64,000 nt of DNA, from NCBI GenBank assembly GCA_963678315.1, contig OY782781.1, positions 1,728,001 to 1,792,000 of the forward strand. The letters run 5' to 3'. Below are positions 30,401 through 40,078 of this stretch, piece by piece. The translations under genes and the position numbers were made by a program. The stretch comes from Candidatus Cloacimonadales bacterium (lineage in GTDB: Bacteria > Cloacimonadota > Cloacimonadia > Cloacimonadales > JAFGVF01). Numbering within the stretch: position 1 is the stretch's first letter; each line of letters starts with the position of its first letter. The notes below the pieces were generated by a model, which was not told the origin of the DNA, did not search any database, and was given only the letters and a program-made list of their open reading frames with translations.

Positions 30401-31185
30401 TAAACAATAAATTCAATGAGAAGATAGCATCAATAGGGGCCGGCGTTGCCTGTATGAACATGGGTAAACTATCAAAAGCAAAGACTTATTTATTTAAGGC
30501 TAAGGAGATTGCACAGAATATTGGAGATATAACAGGTTTGAACAGGATATTATTAGAGCTTGCTATTATTGAACGTAAGGAAGGCAATAAAGATAAAGCT
30601 CTAGCTACATATCAGGAAATCTATGTCTCTGCTATGGATGAAGGTGATTTACAGCATGCTTCTACTATATTATATAATATAGCCGAGTACTATTATTCCA
30701 ATGAAGACAATGATTCAGCCTTAGAATATCTATCAAAAGCTCTCAAAATCCAAGAACGTATCAATGATAAAGCAAGTATTTGCTATAGCTATGACATGAT
30801 GGGGGATATATATTTCTCTAATGGAGACTTAGAAAAAGCAGAATCTATCTATTCACAGAATATTAATAGGCAAAAAGAAGTTGGAGATAATGTAGGGCTT
30901 GCTCACAGTAATATGAATCTTGCCAACATCCTACTTTCTCGTAAAGAATTTGATAAGTCTTTACCACTATATTTAGAGCAAATTAGAATTCTTGAAAGCT
31001 TGAAAGATGTAGAAGGTCAAGGTAAGGCAAACTATAATGTTGGGGTCAACTTTTATTATCTAAAGGATTTAGATAATTGTATAAAGCATCTAAGGTTAGC
31101 AGAAGAGAAATTCATTGAATGTAATAATAAAGATCTTCTTGCATCTGTGCAAGCTTTATTAGGGAAACTTGTTCCTAAATCATAA
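27430..31185 (+). CDS. Class III nucleotidyl cyclase (two domains)-STAND NTPase-TPR protein, sAC-like architecture
   Basis: C1 FFDISGFT...KFSGDA; C2 DKG...GNAINISARL; Walker A GDSGMGKS, Walker B LLIDNF; GNIL; C-terminal TPR-like helices; start 27430 or 27400. Confidence 0.9.
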   Translation: MKKENLSKLSAYVPRIIEKIISDNNLCELPAYFESLQNAGIIFFDISGFTSITERVTSEGYYGVEVITNILNSYFDIMVPLIHKNGGSIVKFSGDAFLAMFPLEKTRFFTRMTAYKEEVAQCLSELNKQFQDLYNFEISIHGGYSYGQVKVQLVSNRKQIYDYIVIGNAVSEAYELCNQAQTGEILGNEIVDVDVFEQNRPSLLELTEVRSSLIESFITKEVGSKLTEALFEAELRFCSILFVGIVPISNEFFTVEQLQRCYQAVSDVVATTGGMINKIDYTDKGYMLIITYGQLVIYDDQIMRAVKCAQELTKIEDKDFYFKIGFTTGSIYSGKIGSNIRAEFGIIGNAINISARLMSLCKANEVTFSQQILSSIRKYTSYNFIGKQKLKGIKDDIEVYKLSVGKNVTKSLYDNRYKDVKYVEIYEQLNFANIDKINKVTAIYGDSGMGKSLSIYKILDNLDSNEFFLSELYEFNKYKIYGFIESLLSSIIGIISMRLQYEDIYKFAEDNNIVIDRTLLQNVFLNENANLSEAEMEIVDNFFVEVIYIYISQYKFLLIDNFDYIDSKSKIIVERLIKKLTNSDIKIILTSHSKLSSEIIASSLIENIELTSLDDNKSESYIRSQIPNISDGAVARLAKIANGNILNLTELCNQILSVKQGSLQIINNDNLNMMFKEGKVANSIESYYLRSYDKLNEEMKTILKIASIIGSMFQFEFVQNLSSQVVNKLDEDLLEHLCQGQYLRLHSKNPESFYVFKNQLFHQAVYKTIPLNEKIKYHKSIAQYLESKYEDSLKDYYEIIAQHFYFSKNKDKTAKYALLAAEKSLSLCLYNQCYYFCKMVISSKQDNAVLAKIIAIEVLTLVKRKDLAKQYIDEISDLVTGELICRYYYAQALYYFSNSDYSKVLSLSLDRSFCNEFYFIRTQLFVLDSYRFLNRKVDFTRLVKNIEKVLTKDSLLLVQLKNIYAQYYIDTSQFELSLITYCQAIEVSQNINNKFNEKIASIGAGVACMNMGKLSKAKTYLFKAKEIAQNIGDITGLNRILLELAIIERKEGNKDKALATYQEIYVSAMDEGDLQHASTILYNIAEYYYSNEDNDSALEYLSKALKIQERINDKASICYSYDMMGDIYFSNGDLEKAESIYSQNINRQKEVGDNVGLAHSNMNLANILLSRKEFDKSLPLYLEQIRILESLKDVEGQGKANYNVGVNFYYLKDLDNCIKHLRLAEEKFIECNNKDLLASVQALLGKLVPKS

Positions 31186-31202
31186 CTAAAATGAGGTTAA
31201 AT

Positions 31203-31613
31203 ATGAAAATAAAACTAGTAAATACAGTTGTTCATGCTGAGAATTTTGAATTAGTTAAGAATTGGTATGTAAAAACCTTTGATTTGAGCGTAACTGAATA
31301 TCCAGAAGAAGCAGGGAACTATGTTGACTTATCTTCAGAGGGGCAAGACATTGTTGGAATTGCTCAAAATGATAATAAGAATCATCCTTTACCATCACCT
31401 AGAAGCAATGGGCAATATCTGCAAATATCTTGTTCACATATATTTACTATATTTGAAAGAGTTAAAGCTAATGGTGGTAGTGTTACTTGGGGACCAGAAC
31501 GTGGTAATGGTTATTGGTGTGGGGAAGTACTTGATATAGAAGGTAATCAGATATGGTTATTCACTCCTGATTCAGATTTAGTAGAAAAAGTCCCCGATCG
31601 ATATAAAAGTTAA
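31203..31613 (+). CDS. VOC/glyoxalase family protein
   Basis: WYVKTFDL, RVKANGG, DIEGNQIWL motifs; ATG after GAGG. Confidence 0.85.
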   Translation: MKIKLVNTVVHAENFELVKNWYVKTFDLSVTEYPEEAGNYVDLSSEGQDIVGIAQNDNKNHPLPSPRSNGQYLQISCSHIFTIFERVKANGGSVTWGPERGNGYWCGEVLDIEGNQIWLFTPDSDLVEKVPDRYKS

Positions 31614-31629
31614 TTAGTTAAAGATAAAT

Positions 31630-31665
31630 AAAAAGTACCGATGTTATTTAACACCGGTACTTTTG
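31630..31665. terminator. Bidirectional terminator
   Basis: AAAAAGTACCG...CGGTACTTTT between convergent genes. Confidence 0.85.
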
Positions 31666-31681
31666 TTATTCTATGTTTTAT

Positions 31682-34600
31682 TTATTTTTTAGATCTTCTT
31701 TCAAAGGGTTCAATATATCTTCTATAGTCTTTGATATTATCATAGCTTCTATAAGATTTTCTCTTTATAGCTTTACTCTGAGATAAGTTCTTCTTGCTAG
31801 CATTTACAGTATGTCTTGTAGGAACATATTTCACTTTATAGAATCTTAAATCATCTGTTGATACAATATTGAACCATAAATCACTACTTGATCCTATTTG
31901 CTCATAGTCTGATAAGTTGTGGCTCTCATATATTTGGTAAGTCACATTACGACTTTCAACATCTTCTGGTTGTTGCCAGCTAATATGTACCTGATTATTT
32001 CTTTCAGTAATATCAAGATCATTTATCCATTTAGCTGTACCTGCCTCTTCTTCTTCTTCTTCAGTATGAATAATGTCTAGACCTTGAATGTCAACATGAC
32101 TTTCATAATTTCCAAGAGAGAAATGTAATCTTAGATCAACATTATATCCTGCATATTCATTAAATTTCACAATTAGTTTTGGTGAGTTTGGACTACTAAA
32201 ATCTACATATAATGTGTCAAAGCCTAAGCCCATGTTAGACAATGCTTGTTGGTCATAGCAATCTATTTCATATAGATTAATTAGTGTATCTTCAGGCATA
32301 TAGTATTCACCATAGATGGTAAAATAATTTAGCATCAAAGGTGGTTCATCAATACCACTCCAACCCCAAGAAGCCTGATCTACCCATTCAAAGTTGTATT
32401 GAGTTTCAATAACTACTTCTTTACCAATCTCTAATTGCGGATAAAGTAGTTCATCTGTATCATTGTCATCATCAATATCGTTGAAATCTTGTAAAGTTTG
32501 ATACTCATAATACCAGCTTGTTCCATGCTGATATTCAAAATTAAAGCCTTCAACTATGTAAGATGAATAATAACCATCATAGTAGTAGTCTGTCTCTTCA
32601 ACATTTTTTAACATTCCATGCCATTCAATATTATGGTGTTTTGCACCAATTCCCAAGCCTGTTATTCCTGTGCTTGGATCTGGTGTATAATCATGATTAT
32701 TGGTGTCTATGAACATAGGATTATCATAGATATTTGAATATCCATAAATGCCAGTTTCACCAGAATTAATCAATGAATAGTTGATTGAAATTTCTTGATT
32801 TTCTCCAATGAATGGTGCTTCAGAATATTCTTCACTCCAAAAAATAGACCTATGAGCATATATTTGAGAGTTATCTAGAATTCCGAATGTTTGATAATTA
32901 GAAAAAGTAGACTCATATATACTAATAGTACTATTGTTTGTTAAATCAAGTGGAATATAGCCTTCATCAATATCGTAATCATCATAGAATATAGAGCCCC
33001 ACATTTCAGCAATACTATTATTAAGAGCAATTGAAGTGTTACAATAAGCATAAGTACAATAACTTAAATCATCACCATATCCCTCTGAAATGCTAACAGC
33101 TTCCTGTAGTTGATTATAACTATTATATCTTAAGTTACTATAAGCTCCTATTGTATTAATTCCTATACCAGGGTTATTAGGTCCTCTACCGTTTATGACA
33201 GTATTTTCAACCCTAATTTCAACATCAGAGAGATAGATTGCTTGGCTGTGAATAGCAGTATGATATCCATTAATTACACAATTATCTATATATGTGTCTG
33301 ATATATCATATAAGCCAAATCCGATTGAGGATTCTGAGTCTTCTGCAAAATAGCTTAGTCTTAAACCCCAGAAATTAGCTTGATTGACAAATTCAATTCC
33401 ACTTGAATTATAACTTATTCCCTTAGGATAGTTGGAAATAGCACCTGTTTGAACATTCAAAAGTACATTTCCTAAGCCATGAATACCAATTTCATCATAG
33501 TCTGGGAAGTCGTAAGAACGATTTAAATTAATGTTACTTATGTCCGCTGATGTTTGAATTTCTGTATTCTGATTAATGATATTGATAGCTGTTTTTGTAG
33601 AATCTATATCAATATAATCCATGGTTACATTATATAGACCATAGAGAACAATACCACTACTAGAATTTTCATAATTGTTTCTAATTGTAATATTGTTGAA
33701 GGTCGGTTCAGAAACAAGAGTGAAATCGTTTCCTGTTTCAAAATAGATACCATTGGTAAAACCTCTAATCTCCATATCTTCTAATGTTGGAGATGCTGGA
33801 CAGTCAAATCTAATACCAGCATTATCAGTTCTTGAAGAGTTAGAAGAATTTTTAACTCTAACACCTGTCATCAATGGAGCTATCAAATCTTCATTATCAT
33901 CAAGGAATTCATTAAAATAGATACCATAATCATAACCTTCAATATCAATATCATCTATTTCAGGAGAGCACTTGTAATCAACAAAAATACCATATTGACC
34001 ACCACGTGAAGAGTTAGAAGAATTTTTTACTCTAACACCTGTCATTAGTGGGATTAACTCCTGAGTATCATCATAAGTTCCATGATTATTCTTTAACTCA
34101 ATACCTATATCATAATCTTCAATATCAACATTATTAATTTGCGGTGCAGATGCATAACCAACTGCTATACCTCGGGAAGTAGTACGTGAAGAATTAGAAG
34201 AATTCTTAACTCTAACACCTGTCATTAAAGGAATATCTAGGCCTTCATCATCTAAGAAAGAACCATTGTTATCTATATCAATACCAGTTGAGAAACCTTC
34301 AATATTTATGTTTTCTATTTCAACTTTATAAGAACCCAGAGCTTTAATTCCTGTTCTTTCATTTCTAGTTTCTTCTGTGTTTATTAGGTTTGTGTCTCTA
34401 ATTTTAACTTGATTAGATTGTAGTTCAGATTCATTACTTAGAACAATACCTTGTTCTACATTGATTAAGGAATCTGCAGCAATTTCTATATTCCTAACAT
34501 TAGCAACTTTAATACCAATTCTATCAGTACGTGATGAGTTTGAAGAATTTTTAACTCTAACACCAGTCATCAATGTTAAATCTAAACCATCATTATCATC

Positions 34601-37366
34601 TAATTCAATACCTATATCGTAGCCTGATATGTCTATACCATTAGTTGAAATTTGAGTATTGCTTACTTTCAGACCTGAACTTGAAGCACCACCATCAGCT
34701 TTACTTAGCTTTACATTATTAAGAGTTACATTAGAACGGTTTCTTGTATTATCTGTAGAAGTTAATTCAATACCGCCAGCAAAATTGTTAAACTCTGAAT
34801 TGTTTATAATTATATCAGAATCTTCTACATAAAGACCTTTACCAGAGTTTAAACTATCTTGACTGCTTAACTTAATATGGTCCAGTGAACTAATATTACG
34901 AGTTCTACTTTCAGATCCAATAATTCTAATACCTTCATTATATCCAGCTATCTCCAATGAATCTATTGTAATAGCACCGTTATTAATAACTTGAATTGCG
35001 TATCGTTCACCTTCTTCTTGATTAACTCTAGATATCATACAATGAGACAAGTTTAGTTCTGCATGGTCAACAATAATTGCTGTTGAAGCATCTTCGAAAG
35101 AACAATCTTCAAGCATACTTTCTCTTTGGTCATTTGAGAAATACATGCCTTCCCAGCCATTTCCATTAGATCTGAAATTAACATTCTGAGCCTCAACAGT
35201 TCCCTCAATATTTAAACTAGCCCCCTCTGAAAGAATAACTTCAGCTCCTGCTTGAATGACAAGAGTTGAATCTTCGTCAATAGTATGATTTTGTGTAATA
35301 GCAATTGAGCCCTGCCAGTTGTTTGACTCAGGGTTTTCTTTAGGAACAACATTTACTATAATAGAAGATGTTGATTGATACATTTGATTTGCTACAGTTA
35401 AATCAACTTGATATTGACCTTGGAACATAAATGTATAAGCTGGATTCTCTTCGAAAGATATTTCACCTGCAAGGTTCCATTGAGATGAAGTATATACACC
35501 AGTAGAAGCATTTACAAATTGTATCTCTGTACCTGCTTCAACATCTAATGTTATATCTAGGTTACTTACTTCGATAATACTTTGTACTTCTCCAAATGTA
35601 GAAATATAATCTGTCATAACTAAAGTGTTAGTTTCATCATAAGCATTGGTAACTGTTAATGATACACTATAATGTGACGAAGTTTCATAACTATAAGAAG
35701 GATTTTGTTCATAGGAATCTATATTTCCATCATTATCAAAATCCCACTCCCATGATATAGGGTCTCCACCAGATAAGTCAGTAAATTGCACCATCTCTCC
35801 AATTTCTGGACTTTGATTATTAACTGTGAAATTTGCTATGAGTTGATCTATCACAACTACTTGTCGTGTATATATAGATTCTCTGTTATTGTCTGTATCT
35901 CTAACAGTTAAAGTGACGGTATAATCTCCTACCTCACTAAACTGATACATAGGGTTAGTAGCATTAGAATCTATTATCCCATCACTATTAAAATCCCACA
36001 TAAACATAATATTGTCATTAATTGAGAAAACATCTGTTCCACTTAAAGCTTCAAATTGAGTGTTATTAACCAAGTATATTGGTTCTATATCTAATGAAAT
36101 TCTTGCTGAAACCCATGGTAAATATGGCATAGCCCCATCGATTAACCAGATATCATTAAAATTAAATCCATAATTACTATAAGTTATTTGGTCTGTAGAT
36201 TCAAAAATATCCATTTGCTGAACATTTGAATTTCCAGATTGATTGAAGCCCATACCTAATTCATTATTAACATAATCTGGGTCTGTGTTTAAATATAGAA
36301 CATTTTCTATTGTAGAATCTCCTCCATTAAAACCAGCAAACAAACCGACATTAGTGTATCCTGTAACATTTCCTGTAGAATAACAATGCTCTATATTAGC
36401 ATTATTACTGTTTGAAGCAACAAAACCACCACTGTTTATTCCAGAAGCATTGACATTACCAGTTGCATAGCAGTTTTCTATATTTCCACCATTATTCTCA
36501 CCAACAAAGCCACCTATTCTACTATTACCAGTGACGTCTCCTTCTGCATAACTGTTTATTATTGCTCCATCATTTTTACCAATAAGTCCACCAACATAAT
36601 CGTAACCATTGATATTTCCTGAGCTTGAACAGTTTTGAATTGTTGAATTATGAACTGATTCACCTGTAATTCCACCAATGAAATAATACAGACCTGTTAC
36701 ATCTGACATTGAAGAACAGTTTGATATAGATGAATTATACCATAATGCACCGGCAATACCACCTACTTTCTTATAATCACCATTGATTGTAGCATTACTT
36801 GTTGATAAGTATATTTCAGAATTATGTGAAACTAAACCAGTAATTCCACCTAAAAGTTGAGAATGTGCTACTATATTTCCAGTTACAGAACACCCTTCAA
36901 TACAAGCATATTCAGTTATAAGCCCAGCTACAGCACCAACTGCACTTTGTCCATTTATATCAACATTTTCTAACTCAAGATTTCGAATCTTTCCACCTAA
37001 AACATAACCAAACAAACCTATATTGCTATGATTTGGTCTGTTTATAAATAGATTTGTAATCTTGTAACCGTTACCATTGTAGTTACCAGAGAATTTATTC
37101 GAATCATAGTTGTTGTAATTATCACCAATTGGTTTAAATCCCATTCCATTATTTAAAGCCAATGATGCAGATGCATCAATATCATTAACTTGGATAAAAT
37201 AGCTATTCCAACAGGCTTGATTGTTACTAATCCAAACTAAATTGTCTAAGCTTTCTACCTGATAAGGTGCTTCAGATGTACCTTCACCACTTTGTGGCAT
37301 TACACCTTGAGCAAAAAAAGTTAATGTAAAACATATGACAAATAACATTAACAAATTTCTTTTCAT
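31682..37366 (-). CDS. Giant secreted protein: GLUG repeats, three PKD domains, right-handed beta-helix
   Basis: Signal peptide; GTSEAPYQV and VGGLIG-type GLUG repeats; WDFNSDG/WDFDNDG PKD motifs; long parallel beta-helix repeats. Confidence 0.88.
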   Translation of the reverse strand: MKRNLLMLFVICFTLTFFAQGVMPQSGEGTSEAPYQVESLDNLVWISNNQACWNSYFIQVNDIDASASLALNNGMGFKPIGDNYNNYDSNKFSGNYNGNGYKITNLFINRPNHSNIGLFGYVLGGKIRNLELENVDINGQSAVGAVAGLITEYACIEGCSVTGNIVAHSQLLGGITGLVSHNSEIYLSTSNATINGDYKKVGGIAGALWYNSSISNCSSMSDVTGLYYFIGGITGESVHNSTIQNCSSSGNINGYDYVGGLIGKNDGAIINSYAEGDVTGNSRIGGFVGENNGGNIENCYATGNVNASGINSGGFVASNSNNANIEHCYSTGNVTGYTNVGLFAGFNGGDSTIENVLYLNTDPDYVNNELGMGFNQSGNSNVQQMDIFESTDQITYSNYGFNFNDIWLIDGAMPYLPWVSARISLDIEPIYLVNNTQFEALSGTDVFSINDNIMFMWDFNSDGIIDSNATNPMYQFSEVGDYTVTLTVRDTDNNRESIYTRQVVVIDQLIANFTVNNQSPEIGEMVQFTDLSGGDPISWEWDFDNDGNIDSYEQNPSYSYETSSHYSVSLTVTNAYDETNTLVMTDYISTFGEVQSIIEVSNLDITLDVEAGTEIQFVNASTGVYTSSQWNLAGEISFEENPAYTFMFQGQYQVDLTVANQMYQSTSSIIVNVVPKENPESNNWQGSIAITQNHTIDEDSTLVIQAGAEVILSEGASLNIEGTVEAQNVNFRSNGNGWEGMYFSNDQRESMLEDCSFEDASTAIIVDHAELNLSHCMISRVNQEEGERYAIQVINNGAITIDSLEIAGYNEGIRIIGSESRTRNISSLDHIKLSSQDSLNSGKGLYVEDSDIIINNSEFNNFAGGIELTSTDNTRNRSNVTLNNVKLSKADGGASSSGLKVSNTQISTNGIDISGYDIGIELDDNDGLDLTLMTGVRVKNSSNSSRTDRIGIKVANVRNIEIAADSLINVEQGIVLSNESELQSNQVKIRDTNLINTEETRNERTGIKALGSYKVEIENINIEGFSTGIDIDNNGSFLDDEGLDIPLMTGVRVKNSSNSSRTTSRGIAVGYASAPQINNVDIEDYDIGIELKNNHGTYDDTQELIPLMTGVRVKNSSNSSRGGQYGIFVDYKCSPEIDDIDIEGYDYGIYFNEFLDDNEDLIAPLMTGVRVKNSSNSSRTDNAGIRFDCPASPTLEDMEIRGFTNGIYFETGNDFTLVSEPTFNNITIRNNYENSSSGIVLYGLYNVTMDYIDIDSTKTAINIINQNTEIQTSADISNINLNRSYDFPDYDEIGIHGLGNVLLNVQTGAISNYPKGISYNSSGIEFVNQANFWGLRLSYFAEDSESSIGFGLYDISDTYIDNCVINGYHTAIHSQAIYLSDVEIRVENTVINGRGPNNPGIGINTIGAYSNLRYNSYNQLQEAVSISEGYGDDLSYCTYAYCNTSIALNNSIAEMWGSIFYDDYDIDEGYIPLDLTNNSTISIYESTFSNYQTFGILDNSQIYAHRSIFWSEEYSEAPFIGENQEISINYSLINSGETGIYGYSNIYDNPMFIDTNNHDYTPDPSTGITGLGIGAKHHNIEWHGMLKNVEETDYYYDGYYSSYIVEGFNFEYQHGTSWYYEYQTLQDFNDIDDDNDTDELLYPQLEIGKEVVIETQYNFEWVDQASWGWSGIDEPPLMLNYFTIYGEYYMPEDTLINLYEIDCYDQQALSNMGLGFDTLYVDFSSPNSPKLIVKFNEYAGYNVDLRLHFSLGNYESHVDIQGLDIIHTEEEEEEAGTAKWINDLDITERNNQVHISWQQPEDVESRNVTYQIYESHNLSDYEQIGSSSDLWFNIVSTDDLRFYKVKYVPTRHTVNASKKNLSQSKAIKRKSYRSYDNIKDYRRYIEPFERRSKK
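33830..34573 (-). repeat. Four intragenic 45-bp repeats encoding LMTGVRVKNSSNSSR
   Basis: Copies at 33830-33874, 34004-34048, 34184-34228 and 34529-34573. Confidence 0.95.
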
Positions 37367-37656
37367 AATTATACTCCTTGATTATAATTCATTATTAACG
37401 ATCAAAACACAATACTAATTATCTACTAAATAATAAAATAGGCAATCTTTTTTTTAATAAATATTTCTTAACTAAGGTCCTTTCTTTACACATTAAGTTT
37501 TTAAGAATTACTGCGAAATCTGATAAAAGGAGCTTATGTACTAATAATAGTCATCATTAACAATTTAGCATTTATGATTTATCTGATATAAAATGAGTTT
37601 TCTTTCAGCAAAGATATGACTTTTTGACTGTAATTTATATTAGTGGTAAGGTCGTG

Positions 37657-38330
37657 CTTACTGGCCTCTTTGAAAAAAAGCCGATTTTTCAATGAGGCAA
37701 GTAAGGGAGGAGTTAGGAGTGAGTTTAGGAGTGTAAGCATCCACCGAAGGTTGAAGGAACTTCATGCTTACGCAAACTATAGAGACGAACGAATGTTCGT
37801 CTAAATCAAAAATGAAGGAAGAGAGTTGAGATGAGATCCATTTTATCACCCATGGTTAAACCATGGGCTCTTTATTGATTTACCCTTACAGGGTATAAAT
37901 ACCTTTATGTCCCTTGGGGACATCTCACCACAAAGCCCATGATTTCAATCGTGGGTGATGTTAGAAGTTAGGACATACTGGTACCGCCTGCCTCTTTTAG
38001 GGGTGGTTTCAATCGTCTTAGCCGATTACGGTCCCTTCTGAATGCGCATCTTTAAACATGCTTGCATGGTTAAAGAGAAAAAACTTATCTTTTGGAGTGC
38101 ATTCATCCCTGAATGCGCATCTTTAAACATGCTTGCATGGTTAAAGAGAAGATACTTTAACATCATTCTTGATGAATGATGTTTCGCAAGCAAGGACTGT
38201 GACAGGCGAAGACTGTTGCTGGCAAGCCAAAGTGAATTTGTAGAGACGTTCTGCAAAAGGTCTCAAACGTAATCTACAGTCTTTACTGTCACAGTACTAT
38301 TTTTGTAAAAGCTAATGCATCATCTGGGAT
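37657..38330. repeat. Cluster of REP-like palindromes
   Basis: TTGAAAAA...TTTTTCAA hairpin plus GGAGTTA/GGAGTGA units; inverted pair 37845-37869/37934-37959; 42-bp direct repeat 38038-38079/38109-38150; GTAGAGACG motif at 38240. Confidence 0.8.
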
Positions 38331-38453
38331 AATAGGCATAAAAAACAGAAAAATGGGATAAAATGCAATTATGATTTGACAATAATAACAATTAGCTTAA
38401 ATTTTTATAGTAATATTGATTAATATATTAAATAAAATAAAAGAAAGGGGATT

Positions 38454-39374
38454 ATGAAGAACATTTTACTCAAACAAGCGATGATGAATAAAGTATTGTA
38501 TGCTTTAATACCATCGATAATATTTTCAGTTTTCTTGTTTGGTTGGAGATCTTTAGTAGTGATATTATTCACAAACACGATAGCTTTTCTAACTGAATAC
38601 ATGTTTATACGTAAGAAGAAAATGGGAAAAGTTTCCATGGCAGTATTTGTTACAGGAACACTTTTAGCTATGTCTTTGCCTCCAACTATTCCATTATGGA
38701 TAGCGGGAGTTGGTGCTGTTATTGCAGTAGCCTTTGGTAAGATGGTGTTTGGTGGATTTGGTATGAATATCTTTAATCCAGCAATTGTGGGTAGAACATT
38801 TATCTATGTTTCATTCCCACAGCAAATGACAATTAACTGGTTAAAACCTTTTACAAGTTTTCCTGGTGGTTTTTTACATTATCAGAATGGGATTGATATG
38901 CAAACATCAGCAACAATTCTATCTTCTTCTAAGCTAGGTCAAACAAGTGGGTACAGTTTTGTAGATGCGCTTATAGGTCTTATTCCAGGATCTATTGGTG
39001 AGACTTCAGCCATATTAATTATTCTTGGTGGTTTATATTTAATCTTAACTAAAACAGCCAAGTGGCAAGCAATGCTAGCTACATTAGCTTCTTTATATCT
39101 ATTTAATGGATTCTTCTATGGATTTAGCGAGGCTCTTTATTATCTAGTGAGTGGTGGAGCTTTATTTGGGATAGTTTACATGGTAACCGATCCTGTTTCA
39201 CAAGCAAAAACCAAAAATGGATTATGGATTTATGGAATAATGATTGGATTCCTGACAGTATTTATAAGAAAATACTCCTTGTTTAGTGAAGGCTTCATGT
39301 TTGCTATTCTGCTAGCAAATACATTTATGCCTATCATTGAATATTATCTTAAACCTAAGAAGAAAGGAGCATAA
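38454..39374 (+). CDS. RnfD/NqrB family flavoprotein membrane subunit
   Basis: KMVFGGFGMNIFNPAIVGR, TSAT (FMN-Thr), PGSIGETS, MVTDPVS motifs; only 306 aa. Confidence 0.92.
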   Translation: MKNILLKQAMMNKVLYALIPSIIFSVFLFGWRSLVVILFTNTIAFLTEYMFIRKKKMGKVSMAVFVTGTLLAMSLPPTIPLWIAGVGAVIAVAFGKMVFGGFGMNIFNPAIVGRTFIYVSFPQQMTINWLKPFTSFPGGFLHYQNGIDMQTSATILSSSKLGQTSGYSFVDALIGLIPGSIGETSAILIILGGLYLILTKTAKWQAMLATLASLYLFNGFFYGFSEALYYLVSGGALFGIVYMVTDPVSQAKTKNGLWIYGIMIGFLTVFIRKYSLFSEGFMFAILLANTFMPIIEYYLKPKKKGA

Positions 39375-39376
39375 AA

Positions 39377-40078
39377 ATGGCTAAAGAGAAAAAGTTGTTT
39401 AGAGAAACAGCGATTTATCCTATCTTCTTTATGGTTATTATCACAATAATATTTGTTGGGGTTCTTTCTGTTTTATATAACAGTCAAAAGCCAAAAATAG
39501 AAGAAAATCAAAGAGTTCTATATTATAAGAATATTCTTGATGTTTTTAAAGATAAAATAACTAGCATAAAAGTATCTGATCTGCAGGATAATGAAATTGA
39601 AGATGTAAGAAAAGATTTCTTAGAAAGTGGAGAAATAGAGACAGATCTTGGGAATAAAAGGTATTTTATTGTAAAAGAAAATAATGAAGTTATCGGCTAC
39701 TGTTTTGATATAACAGGAAGCGGATTGTGGGGAACAATGAAGGCTGTAGTCGGCTTTGCTCCAGATATGCAGACATTGATTGACTTCAATGTTTATGAAC
39801 AAGTTGAAACCCCTGGTCTTGGTGGTAAAATATCTGAACCAGCAGAGAAACTTAATTTGAGAGCTGACTTTATTGATAGTAAATTCTTCAAGGAAGATGG
39901 ATCAATAACTGAATATAAACTCATTGCTGATTCTTCTAATAGAGGAAGTGATAATGAGATAAGACAAATAACAGGAGCTACAATCACTAGTTCTTCATTC
40001 CTTAAAATGCTATCCAAAGAAATGAATATGATAAGGCCAGTTTTTATGGAAAAAGTACTTAATGGAGGGAGCAAGTAA
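39377..40078 (+). CDS. NqrC/RnfG family FMN-binding subunit
   Basis: N-terminal TM; GSGLWG, ETPGLGG, ITGATITS motifs. Confidence 0.92.
   Translation: MAKEKKLFRETAIYPIFFMVIITIIFVGVLSVLYNSQKPKIEENQRVLYYKNILDVFKDKITSIKVSDLQDNEIEDVRKDFLESGEIETDLGNKRYFIVKENNEVIGYCFDITGSGLWGTMKAVVGFAPDMQTLIDFNVYEQVETPGLGGKISEPAEKLNLRADFIDSKFFKEDGSITEYKLIADSSNRGSDNEIRQITGATITSSSFLKMLSKEMNMIRPVFMEKVLNGGSK

Noticed and set aside
38038..38150. Two 42-bp palindromic direct repeats with a 29-bp spacer, resembling a mini-CRISPR
   Set aside because: Only two units; the spacer is partly complementary to the repeat; no cas genes or leader; embedded in a REP-like cluster
37658..38256. Short ORFs 37658-37849 and 38026-38256 (likewise 55787-56005, 55999-56271, 58202-58411)
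   Set aside because: They run through palindromic repeats, lack RBS and recognisable motifs; no transposase signature
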